Notes: a model not told the origin generated them from the letters alone. A stretch of 54,031 bases of DNA from a virus (IMGVR_UViG_3300021180_000001:1-54031); one strand, 5' to 3'. Numbered from the stretch's first letter, positions 40,275 through 47,738 are shown. Translations and numbers: made by a program.

Positions 40275-40496
40275 ATGCATGGGAATAAAGAGAGAGTCTT
40301 AGAATATTTAGAGGAAGCTATTAGACAGGTGAAAAATGATGAAGTAGAATATATATTATTATTAAAATCATCTAATAATATTGTTCATCCTACAACATGT
40401 TTTCTTAAAGACACAACTTCGAAAGTTACGACTTCTGTCATGGGGTATCTTGAAATTATGAAAAATGACTTAATAGAATCTTTAATCAAAAACTAA
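40275..40496 (+). CDS. Tandem paralog family member 2
   Basis: Clear paralog of 39999. Confidence 0.7.
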   Translation: MHGNKERVLEYLEEAIRQVKNDEVEYILLLKSSNNIVHPTTCFLKDTTSKVTTSVMGYLEIMKNDLIESLIKN

Positions 40497-40511
40497 AGAG
40501 AGGGATTATTT

Positions 40512-40808
40512 ATGATATATGAATTTCTTAAGGCCAAAATGAAAAAAAATGAACTTTTTATGGAAAATAGGAAAAAAGATGCTATAAAAGAGGTTATAAG
40601 TAAACTAGAATCTCTTATGAAAAAAGTTAAAAATAATAAGGTAAAATATGTAGTTATAATTGAAGATAATGATGAAGGAAATTCCGCAGAATTATTTACA
40701 ATTTCATGTAGTAAATTTGACTTGGGTAGTGCAATGGGGTTGATGGATGTATTAAAAAAGAGCATTATGAAAGCTATAAACAAAGGGTCTAAATATGAAA
40801 AAACTTAG
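40512..40808 (+). CDS. Tandem paralog family member 3 (diverged)
   Basis: KVKNNKVKYVVI...SAMGLMDVLK aligns with members 1-2. Confidence 0.6.
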   Translation: MIYEFLKAKMKKNELFMENRKKDAIKEVISKLESLMKKVKNNKVKYVVIIEDNDEGNSAELFTISCSKFDLGSAMGLMDVLKKSIMKAINKGSKYEKT

Positions 40809-40840
40809 AAAAGATATAGTTTAAAGGTAAGGAAAAAGAA

Positions 40841-41128
40841 ATGAAATACCCAAAACTTAGAAAAGATATAGATTGGAAAGAGGAGGATGGCTATATTGTA
40901 CTTTTTCCTATTTGTATTTATCAAAATTCTATTTTAAAAAAAGAACATCCACTCACTGAATTTCCATGCGATAACTGTAATCAACTTTGCTGGCTTACTC
41001 CTAATTCTGAAGAGCTTTCTCGTATTAATCCTGAAATGAAAAAATATTGTCTGACTTGTATGGATAAACTTGGTTTTCTTGATAATGAATTAGAAATTAT
41101 TGAAATATCTGAAAAAGAAGATGAATAG
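40841..41128 (+). CDS. Cys-rich (CxxC...CxxC) hypothetical protein
   Basis: CDNC, CLTC. Confidence 0.6.
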   Translation: MKYPKLRKDIDWKEEDGYIVLFPICIYQNSILKKEHPLTEFPCDNCNQLCWLTPNSEELSRINPEMKKYCLTCMDKLGFLDNELEIIEISEKEDE

Positions 41129-41196
41129 CATTACGGGTGGGGTTATAGTTGGAGCGGGAGTAAAAAATAATGGCTTACAAAAATAGAGGTAAATAA

Positions 41197-41376
41197 GTGA
41201 GCTATTATTTTCTTTTTCGCTTTGGTTGTGGTGAAGGAAATTACTTTAGTAATGGTGATGGATATGGAAATGGTTATGGTTATGATAGTGATTTATGGGT
41301 CTATGATGACAATGGCTTTGATAATAACAGTGGTGGTGATAATGGGTATGGAGATGGTGACATAGTATGCGATTAA
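41197..41376 (+). CDS. Gly-rich cassette G1 (59 aa, GTG start, not in ORF track)
   Basis: MSYYFLFRFG...GYGDGDIVCD; GAGGT RBS; ends in ATGCGATTAA. Confidence 0.6.
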   Translation: MSYYFLFRFGCGEGNYFSNGDGYGNGYGYDSDLWVYDDNGFDNNSGGDNGYGDGDIVCD

Positions 41377-41423
41377 ATTGTTCAAGAATAAAAAATAATG
41401 ATTTATAAAAGGAATATTGGCAT

Positions 41424-41633
41424 ATGCTATTAAATTATTTTGATGGCTTTGAATTTGTCTGGCGTATTGGTTGTGGTTATGACTATAGTGATATTAATTG
41501 GTTTGGCAATGGCTTTGGAAATGGTAGTGGGTATGGATTTCCCTTTAATAGTGGTGATGGTTTTGGGAATGGTGATTATGGAGACGGAATTGGCTATGAC
41601 TGTGATGATATAGTATGCGAAATGGCGATATAA
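41424..41633 (+). CDS. Gly-rich cassette G2
   Basis: MLLNYFDG leader; GxG repeats. Confidence 0.65.
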   Translation: MLLNYFDGFEFVWRIGCGYDYSDINWFGNGFGNGSGYGFPFNSGDGFGNGDYGDGIGYDCDDIVCEMAI

Positions 41634-41662
41634 TATGCAAAGCCATTCAAGAGTAAAAAATA

Positions 41663-42154
41663 ATGGCTTACAAAAAAGGTGAATCTGGTAATCCTTTAGG
41701 CAGACCTGCTGGCCTTGCTGAAATAAATTGGAAGGCGCTAAAAGCGTGTCCTGAAGTAATGGATGAGTTAATTTCCTTAGCTTTAGATAGAGATGTGGAT
41801 AATAAAATAAGAATAGCTGCCATGAAAGAGGTTTTAGATAGAGGAATGGGTAAATCTATTCAATCTATTAGACTTGAGGATAAAACGGTCCAAGAACCAT
41901 CTAAAATGGCTACGCAGGACTTAGAATTGATGCTTCAAGGTGGAATAGATATTCTTAAAGAACAAATACGCCAACAGGTTAAAAGTGAGATTTTAGGTAG
42001 TCAAATGATTATCGAAAAAAAAAGTATTACATCAGATAATAATGTGGTAAGCTACGAAGGTGATGTAGTTAACATAGAAGTTAACGAAAACGAAATGGGT
42101 GAAATGAAACATAGATTGGAATGTAACTTAACAGAGGAGAATAGTCATGAGTAA
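41663..42154 (+). CDS. terS: Terminase small subunit (probable)
   Basis: N-terminal YKKGESGNPLGRP and RIAAMKEVLDRGMGK motifs typical of this TerS type. Confidence 0.75.
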   Translation: MAYKKGESGNPLGRPAGLAEINWKALKACPEVMDELISLALDRDVDNKIRIAAMKEVLDRGMGKSIQSIRLEDKTVQEPSKMATQDLELMLQGGIDILKEQIRQQVKSEILGSQMIIEKKSITSDNNVVSYEGDVVNIEVNENEMGEMKHRLECNLTEENSHE

Positions 42155-42425
42155 AGAGATATTTATTGCAGTATTGGATAGAGGATGGGTATTCATTGGA
42201 ATAAGAGAAAAAGAAATTATAGAAGGAAAACACGTATGGAGATTAAAAAATTGTCATTGCATTAGGAGATGGGGAACTACCCAAGGAATTGGAGAAATCA
42301 GTATACATGGTCCTACCAAAGAAACAGTTCTCGATAAATGTAATGATTTAGAAATAGGATACAGGTCAGTTATTTTTTGGATAAAGTGTAATCAGGAGAA
42401 ATGGGAAAATATAATATGCAGTTAA
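42147..42425 (+). CDS. DUF6948-like protein, possible Sm/LSm-like fold
   Basis: IAVLDRGWVFIG...LKNCHCIRRWGTTQGIGEISIHGP; Sm1/Sm2-like hydrophobic pattern. Confidence 0.65.
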   Translation: MSKEIFIAVLDRGWVFIGIREKEIIEGKHVWRLKNCHCIRRWGTTQGIGEISIHGPTKETVLDKCNDLEIGYRSVIFWIKCNQEKWENIICS

Positions 42426-42601
42426 GCAGTCTAGATGGAAATGGCGGCGGCGACGGATATGATAATGGTGATGGATGGGGTTATGGTTGGAGCGATGGAC
42501 GAGGTCGTGGGGATGGATATAGCAGCGATTATGGCTGTGGTTACGGCAGTCTTTCTGGAAATGGTTATGGAGATGGTTGTGGCGAAATAGTATCCGATTA
42601 G
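42416..42601 (+). CDS. Gly-rich cassette G3
   Basis: MQLSSLDG; ATGCAGTTAA overlap with the DUF6948-like stop. Confidence 0.65.
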   Translation: MQLSSLDGNGGGDGYDNGDGWGYGWSDGRGRGDGYSSDYGCGYGSLSGNGYGDGCGEIVSD

Positions 42602-42656
42602 ATGAAGATAATTTTGCTATGGCCATAGTAATGACTGCTGTGGCTATAGAGCCTGA
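42592..42656 (+). pseudogene. Decayed Gly-rich cassette
   Basis: Junction mutated to ATCCGATTAG; frameshifted FCYGHSNDCCGY remnant. Confidence 0.5.
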
Positions 42657-42676
42657 CAGAAATGGAAAAATATAAT

Positions 42677-42940
42677 ATGAATTTAAGCTATTTTAATGGT
42701 TATGGATTTATCGGTGATGGTCGCTTTAGCGATAATAATGGCCATAATGATGGTTATGGCTTTAGTAATGGCGATGGATATGGGGACGGTAGTGGGTGTG
42801 GCGGCGATGGCTATGGTGGTGGTTTTGGATTTGGCTATGACTGCGATGGTTATGGAAATGGAAATGGGTATGGATATGGTTTTAGTAATGGTGATGGATG
42901 GGGTTATGGTATCGGTAATGGACCTGGCACATGCGATTAA
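42677..42940 (+). CDS. Gly-rich cassette G4 (alternative start 42662)
   Basis: MNLSYFNG...GTCD. Confidence 0.65.
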   Translation: MNLSYFNGYGFIGDGRFSDNNGHNDGYGFSNGDGYGDGSGCGGDGYGGGFGFGYDCDGYGNGNGYGYGFSNGDGWGYGIGNGPGTCD

Positions 42941-43143
42941 GCAGTTTAGATTATTTTTGTGATTTTCATATTAGTCACGAATATGGAAATGGCTATGGAT
43001 GTGGCAGTGATGGTTATGGATTTATCACTGGTCATGGATATGGCAGTCCTTATGGACCTATTTATGGAGATGGCTATGGAGATGGAAATTTCTATGGCAA
43101 CTGCCTTGGTGATGGGCATGGTAATGGCTTTGGATATATATGA
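42931..43143 (+). CDS. Gly-rich cassette G5
   Basis: ATGCGATTAA junction; MRLSSLDY. Confidence 0.7.
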   Translation: MRLSSLDYFCDFHISHEYGNGYGCGSDGYGFITGHGYGSPYGPIYGDGYGDGNFYGNCLGDGHGNGFGYI

Positions 43144-43364
43144 GCTTAAGCAGTTTAGATGAGTGGTTGCTGCATGGATATATTCAATATGGATTTAATA
43201 ATGGTGATGGACATGGTAATGGCAGTGGCTATAGTGGCGATGGCTGGGGTGGTGGTTTTCAATATGGTTTTGGCTGTGATGGTTATGGTTGTAGTTATTT
43301 CTTGGGTAATGGATATGGTTGGGGCAATGGTTGGGATGAAAATGTGGATATATTAAAGGAATGA
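43140..43364 (+). CDS. Gly-rich cassette G6
   Basis: ATGA overlap; MSLSSLDEW. Confidence 0.65.
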   Translation: MSLSSLDEWLLHGYIQYGFNNGDGHGNGSGYSGDGWGGGFQYGFGCDGYGCSYFLGNGYGWGNGWDENVDILKE

Positions 43365-43410
43365 TTACGGAAGTGATTTTGGACATAATATAGGATGATG
43401 GCGACATAGT

Positions 43411-43614
43411 ATGCGATTAGATAGTTTTAGTGATGGCTTTGGTGATGGTTATGGATATGCAAATGGCAATGGATATGGAAACGGTGACGATAATACCTGC
43501 TGTGGATATAAAGATTGTGATGGATATAGATATGGAGATGGTTATGGCAGTGGTAGTGGAAATAACTATGGGTTTAATTGTATAGAGGAAAATAACTTTT
43601 GCTTATGCGATTAA
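43411..43614 (+). CDS. Gly-rich cassette G7
   Basis: MRLDSFSD...LCD. Confidence 0.7.
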   Translation: MRLDSFSDGFGDGYGYANGNGYGNGDDNTCCGYKDCDGYRYGDGYGSGSGNNYGFNCIEENNFCLCD

Positions 43615-43907
43615 TCACTTTAGAGGACTGGTTACGGAATGATTATAATAAATATGGATATGGTAATGGCGATGGTTATGGTGGTGGATATAAGAGTAAC
43701 AGTGATTTCATTAATTATGATGGATACGGCGACGGAAGTGATTATGGGTTTGGTGACGGTGATGATGGAGATGGCGACGGCGATGGTTATGGATATTTAA
43801 ATGGTGATGGATATGGATATGGATGTGGTTATAGTTCCCAAGGCAATGGCTGGGGCGATGGAGACGAAACCGGATATGGAACTATATGTGGAACTCTATG
43901 CGATTAA
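43605..43907 (+). CDS. Gly-rich cassette G8
   Basis: ATGCGATTAA junction; MRLITLEDW...TLCD. Confidence 0.7.
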   Translation: MRLITLEDWLRNDYNKYGYGNGDGYGGGYKSNSDFINYDGYGDGSDYGFGDGDDGDGDGDGYGYLNGDGYGYGCGYSSQGNGWGDGDETGYGTICGTLCD

Positions 43908-44128
43908 TCTATTTCGATGAATTTGGTTTTGGTGATGGTTTTGACTTTGGTGGTGGCAGTGGCTTTGGCGATAATATTGGAGATGGTTGGGGCTTTGGTG
44001 ATGGATATGTGGTTATGAATAAAAGTTTTGGATGGGGCCTTGGTAACGGTTGTGGAGAAGATAATGGAAATGGCTATGGTGATAGTTACAATGGAGATAA
44101 CGGTGACGGAGACGGACCATGCGATTAA
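43898..44128 (+). CDS. Gly-rich cassette G9
   Basis: ATGCGATTAA junction; MRLIYFDE...GPCD. Confidence 0.7.
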   Translation: MRLIYFDEFGFGDGFDFGGGSGFGDNIGDGWGFGDGYVVMNKSFGWGLGNGCGEDNGNGYGDSYNGDNGDGDGPCD

Positions 44129-44358
44129 ATCATTTAGAATATTTTTGCTTTGACTTTTTCCAGGGCTATGGTTTTAAGGATAGTAATTGTCGTGGAAGTG
44201 GTCATGGAAATAGTCATGGAACTGGTTTTGGTGATGGATTGTGTTATGGCCATATTAATGGTAATGGTAATGGGTGCGGTGATGGTTTTAGTGATGGAAA
44301 TGGCTTTGGCGATGGTGAAAATGGAGATGACGGTGATGGAGATGGCGCATGCGATTAA
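44119..44358 (+). CDS. Gly-rich cassette G10
   Basis: ATGCGATTAA junction; MRLNHLEY...GACD. Confidence 0.7.
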   Translation: MRLNHLEYFCFDFFQGYGFKDSNCRGSGHGNSHGTGFGDGLCYGHINGNGNGCGDGFSDGNGFGDGENGDDGDGDGACD

Positions 44359-44597
44359 TTCATTTCGATGATTTTGGATGTGATGGTTATAGTTTTGGTT
44401 TTGGCGAAGGGTATGGAGTTAAAACTGGTAGCGGATATGGGGACGGTTGGAGATATGGTTATGCTTTTGGAAATGGTTTAGGGGGTGGTTATGGATATGG
44501 ATTTGGTAGTGGTGATGGTGGCATGGATCATGGTGATAGTGGTATGACTTATGGAAATAACTATGGCGATGGATATGGATATGGAGACTTAGTATGA
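44349..44597 (+). CDS. Gly-rich cassette G11
   Basis: ATGCGATTAA junction; MRLIHFDD. Confidence 0.7.
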   Translation: MRLIHFDDFGCDGYSFGFGEGYGVKTGSGYGDGWRYGYAFGNGLGGGYGYGFGSGDGGMDHGDSGMTYGNNYGDGYGYGDLV

Positions 44598-44818
44598 GAT
44601 TAAGTAATAATGGTTTTAATCTTAGCTCAGATTGTTTTTATGGATGGAGTGGTAGTGATGGAGCTGGTTGTGGTTATGGGTTTGGTAATGGCGATGGGTG
44701 GGGAGATAGCTGGGAAAGTGGTTTTGGTTTTGGGTATGGTTTTAATGATGGCGATGGTATGGTCTTGAATATGGCTTACGACAGTGGCAATGGAGATGCC
44801 AATATAATATGCGAGTAA
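44594..44818 (+). CDS. Gly-rich cassette G12
   Basis: ATGAGATTAA; MRLSNNGF...IICE. Confidence 0.7.
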   Translation: MRLSNNGFNLSSDCFYGWSGSDGAGCGYGFGNGDGWGDSWESGFGFGYGFNDGDGMVLNMAYDSGNGDANIICE

Positions 44819-45009
44819 GCAATTTAGATGGTGTTGGTAGAGGATATGGATTTAGTGACGGTGATGGTTATGGAGACGGATATGGCTTTGATGGTGATGG
44901 ATATGGCTGTGGCTATGGTTTTGGTGGTGATGGTTTTGGTAAAGGTCATCGATATGGCAATATTTTTAGCGATGATGATGGATATGATTATGAGGATTGG
45001 AACGGATAG
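44809..45009 (+). CDS. Gly-rich cassette G13
   Basis: ATGCGAGTAA; MRVSNLDG. Confidence 0.7.
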   Translation: MRVSNLDGVGRGYGFSDGDGYGDGYGFDGDGYGCGYGFGGDGFGKGHRYGNIFSDDDGYDYEDWNG

Positions 45010-45020
45010 GACAGCATAAT

Positions 45021-45257
45021 ATGAAATTAATATATTTTGAAAGTTTTGATTATTGTAGCTGTATTGGTTTCACTGGCTTTGGTGACGGATATGGGTATGG
45101 ATATGGTACTGGTGAGGGAAATGGGCTTAGTGAAGGTCTTACAAATATCTTTGGTAGTAATGGTGATTCATATCGGTATCGATATGGAATAGCATATGCA
45201 ACGCGAGATGGTGATGGTTATGGCATTGGCTATGGAAATGGTTTAGATGATGATTGA
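45021..45257 (+). CDS. Gly-rich cassette G14 (premature TGA; frame continues YGYGDIVCN to 45287)
   Basis: MKLIYFES leader at ATG 45021. Confidence 0.65.
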   Translation: MKLIYFESFDYCSCIGFTGFGDGYGYGYGTGEGNGLSEGLTNIFGSNGDSYRYRYGIAYATRDGDGYGIGYGNGLDDD

Positions 45258-45277
45258 TATGGATATGGTGACATAGT

Positions 45278-45425
45278 ATGCAATTAATCCATGGTGATGA
45301 TTATGGAGACGGTTATGGTGATGGCTGGGGAAATGGAAAGATTTGGGGAGATGACAACGATATGGAGATGATGATTATAGGCTTATATCTATGATAATGG
45401 AGATGGCGACATAGCATGCGATTAA
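45278..45425 (+). pseudogene. Frameshifted Gly-rich cassette G15
   Basis: MQLIHGDDYGDG... slips frame near 45360; the GDIACD tail is in another frame. Confidence 0.55.
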
Positions 45426-45694
45426 ATTATTATGATGGCTTTGGATTTGTTTTTGATTGGACTTGTGGCTATGGTTTTGTCGATGGCGATGGCTATGGCT
45501 TTGGTAGTGGGTTTATGGTTCTGAATAAATATTTTATGTGGGGTTATGGTAGCAGTTATGGAGAAGATAATGGAAATGGTTATGGCGATGGATGGGGAGG
45601 TAAACGTGGTTACGGAGATGGAAATGATAACGGTATTGGCGATGGTAATGGAAATGGATTTTGTGACCCAATAGAAATGGCTATAAGATATTAA
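45416..45694 (+). CDS. Gly-rich cassette G16
   Basis: ATGCGATTAA junction; MRLNYYDG...EMAIRY. Confidence 0.7.
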   Translation: MRLNYYDGFGFVFDWTCGYGFVDGDGYGFGSGFMVLNKYFMWGYGSSYGEDNGNGYGDGWGGKRGYGDGNDNGIGDGNGNGFCDPIEMAIRY

Positions 45695-45700
45695 TTTAAT

Positions 45701-45907
45701 ATGCGATTAAATGGCAGCATCTTTATCTTTGGATGTGGTTGGGGTAATGGATTTGGCTACGGCCATAATAATGGCAATGGTCATGGAAATGGTTGTACTT
45801 ATGATAGTTATGCCATAGGAAATAGCTGGGGTGACGGAAGTGGTTTGGGTGACGGCAATAATGACGATGGAAACGGGAATGGAGACGGAAGCACAACATG
45901 GGATTAA
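45701..45907 (+). CDS. Gly-rich cassette G17
   Basis: ATGCGATTAA; MRLNGSIF...TTWD. Confidence 0.7.
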   Translation: MRLNGSIFIFGCGWGNGFGYGHNNGNGHGNGCTYDSYAIGNSWGDGSGLGDGNNDDGNGNGDGSTTWD

Positions 45908-46134
45908 ATTATTTAGATTATTTTTTCTTTGATTTTTACCACGGCTATGGTTTTAAGGATAACCATGGCTATGGAAATAGTCATGGAAATGGCTTGGGTT
46001 ATGGAATTGATTATGGTCATATTAATGGTAATGGTTATGGGGGTGGCGATGGTTTTAGTGATGGATACGGTTTTGGCGATGGTGAAGACGGAGATGACGG
46101 TGATGGAAATGGTAATGGAGACGGTACATATTAA
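45898..46134 (+). CDS. Gly-rich cassette G18 (close paralog of G10)
   Basis: ATGGGATTAA; MGLNYLDYF. Confidence 0.7.
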   Translation: MGLNYLDYFFFDFYHGYGFKDNHGYGNSHGNGLGYGIDYGHINGNGYGGGDGFSDGYGFGDGEDGDDGDGNGNGDGTY

Positions 46135-46135
46135 T

Positions 46136-46312
46136 ATGCGATTAAATTATTTCCATGACTTTCACTTTATTGGTTCTGGGTATGGCTATGGATTTCATGG
46201 TGGTGATGGTCTTGGAAATGGTATGGGTTATGGAAATAGTGAGGGAGAAGGCTGGGGTGATGGCGAAGAAGATGTTGGTAATTGTGGTGGATGTGGTAAT
46301 ATGGAATGGTGA
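46136..46312 (+). CDS. Gly-rich cassette G19
   Basis: ATGCGATTAA at 46136; MRLNYFHD...NMEW. Confidence 0.7.
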   Translation: MRLNYFHDFHFIGSGYGYGFHGGDGLGNGMGYGNSEGEGWGDGEEDVGNCGGCGNMEW

Positions 46313-46324
46313 TTTGGAGGTACA

Positions 46325-46378
46325 ATGATTAGCGCGCTTATTTTGCTTATTTTTTTGCTTATAGCATGGAATGCATAA
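46325..46378 (+). CDS. 17-aa hydrophobic peptide MISALILLIFLLIAWNA
   Basis: Strong GGAGG RBS. Confidence 0.45.
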   Translation: MISALILLIFLLIAWNA

Positions 46379-46395
46379 TAGCATGGGGTGTATAA

Positions 46396-46560
46396 ATGAT
46401 GTTTAATTTTAGTAATTTTGAAATTATTATTGGTTGTATTCTTTTATATTTATGTATGTTCCATTTTATCATGTTACCTTTTATTAAGAAAAGATTTGAA
46501 CTTTCTGAGGCCAGAATTTCAGTTTTAGAATATAAAATTAAACAGATAATGAAAGAATAA
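46396..46560 (+). CDS. Small single-TM protein (54 aa, not in ORF track)
   Basis: IIIGCILLYLCMFHFIMLPFI followed by a short coiled coil. Confidence 0.55.
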   Translation: MMFNFSNFEIIIGCILLYLCMFHFIMLPFIKKRFELSEARISVLEYKIKQIMKE

Positions 46561-46770
46561 ATGAATATTATCAAGTTTTTATTTATATTGATAGCTCAAT
46601 TGTTTATTTTATTTCTTTTGCTTATTGTAGCACGTGTTAGTATAATTAATTATTCCAATATAGAAATGATAAAGGAAAGAATTCACAAAATAGAATTGAA
46701 ATTAGAAAAAGATGATATACAGAGATATAGGGATTTATTCTCACCCATAATAGATATAGATAAGGAGTAA
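46561..46770 (+). CDS. Small single-TM protein
   Basis: FLFILIAQLFILFLLLIVA TM segment followed by a coiled coil. Confidence 0.6.
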   Translation: MNIIKFLFILIAQLFILFLLLIVARVSIINYSNIEMIKERIHKIELKLEKDDIQRYRDLFSPIIDIDKE

Positions 46771-46777
46771 ATAGGAA

Positions 46778-47098
46778 ATGAAAGTAAAGGTCTCACAATA
46801 TATGGATTCTCAGAATCCTAGCCATCCATATTATGATACTTTAATTAAAACAATTGGAGATTGGAACATTGTAGAACATTTGGTATTAAGATGTTCGGAA
46901 AAATTGGAAATGATTTTCTTATTAGTTGAGAATGATAACAATTATATGTTTTGTATAGCCTCTTATTTGGGAGTAGGTTTAAATGAACCAGGTCCTTATG
47001 GATTAGAGAAATGGAAATATGAAAATTGTATTAAAGATATAAAAGAAAAAATGATAGAATCAAGAGCACAAAAAAAGGAGCAAGAAAATGTTCATTAG
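46778..47098 (+). CDS. Hypothetical protein
   Basis: ORF in a tightly packed operon. Confidence 0.6.
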   Translation: MKVKVSQYMDSQNPSHPYYDTLIKTIGDWNIVEHLVLRCSEKLEMIFLLVENDNNYMFCIASYLGVGLNEPGPYGLEKWKYENCIKDIKEKMIESRAQKKEQENVH

Positions 47099-47366
47099 TT
47101 TTTTAAAAAATCTCTTTTGTCAGGAAAGTTATAATCCAATTGATGGACTTAAAAAACGTCTTGCGCAAGGATTGGAACTTTTGGAAGATTTGGGAGAACT
47201 TAAGAAAAATTTAGAAAATTCTTATGCAAAAACTTTAGAACAAAATAGGATTAAATATGAAAATCGTAAAGAAGAGCTTAAAAAGTCAGAAGAATGTATA
47301 TATGGAATATTAGAACCGTTGGAGCGTATTATTAAAGAATTTGAAAATATGAATAAGGATAAATGA
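47088..47366 (+). CDS. Hypothetical coiled-coil protein
   Basis: AAGGAG RBS. Confidence 0.6.
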   Translation: MFISFLKNLFCQESYNPIDGLKKRLAQGLELLEDLGELKKNLENSYAKTLEQNRIKYENRKEELKKSEECIYGILEPLERIIKEFENMNKDK

Positions 47367-47369
47367 CAT

Positions 47370-47738
47370 ATGTTTAACTTAAAAGAGGATATAAAACCTT
47401 TTATTAGAATTGTAGAAGGAATATGTGAACTATTTGAAAAAGAGATTTACAAAGAAGATTTACATCTTATTACGAAAATTATGTTAGTGAATATTTTTCT
47501 TGAATTGGAAAGTAAAATTTCGGAAAATTTAGAATTATATCTTCGTATTGATGAAAATGAAGAGATTAAGAAACTCAAAGTAAGAATTAGTAAGATAGAT
47601 ATATATCTTTCTGAATTTGGAATAGAGTTTTCAAAAAAAGCAGAAAATGCAATAAATACGTTATTTTCAGAATTAAATAAAAATAAAGGAAGTTTTGCAA
47701 GTTTAAAAGAAAGTAAAGAAAAGGAGATTATTTATTAA
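47370..47738 (+). CDS. Hypothetical protein
   Basis: Operonic ORF. Confidence 0.6.
   Translation: MFNLKEDIKPFIRIVEGICELFEKEIYKEDLHLITKIMLVNIFLELESKISENLELYLRIDENEEIKKLKVRISKIDIYLSEFGIEFSKKAENAINTLFSELNKNKGSFASLKESKEKEIIY

Noticed and set aside
45255-45257. Stop-codon reassignment (TGA read-through)
   Set aside because: Single in-frame case in a decaying cassette; TGA, TAG and TAA all terminate genes normally elsewhere
42696-46135. Met/Val-rich ORFs in the alternative frame (42696, 42959, 43159, 44150, 44828, 45929 5' part) and His/Pro-rich minus-strand ORFs (42366, 43195, 46142)
   Set aside because: Shadow frames of GGT/GAT/TAT repeats; they lack the conserved leader and junction
41367-46145. 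CRISPR array or DGR interpretation of the cassette array
   Set aside because: Repeats are only ~10-18 nt and degenerate, spacers are ~200-nt coding units, there is no cas or reverse transcriptase, and G10/G18 differences are not adenine-restricted
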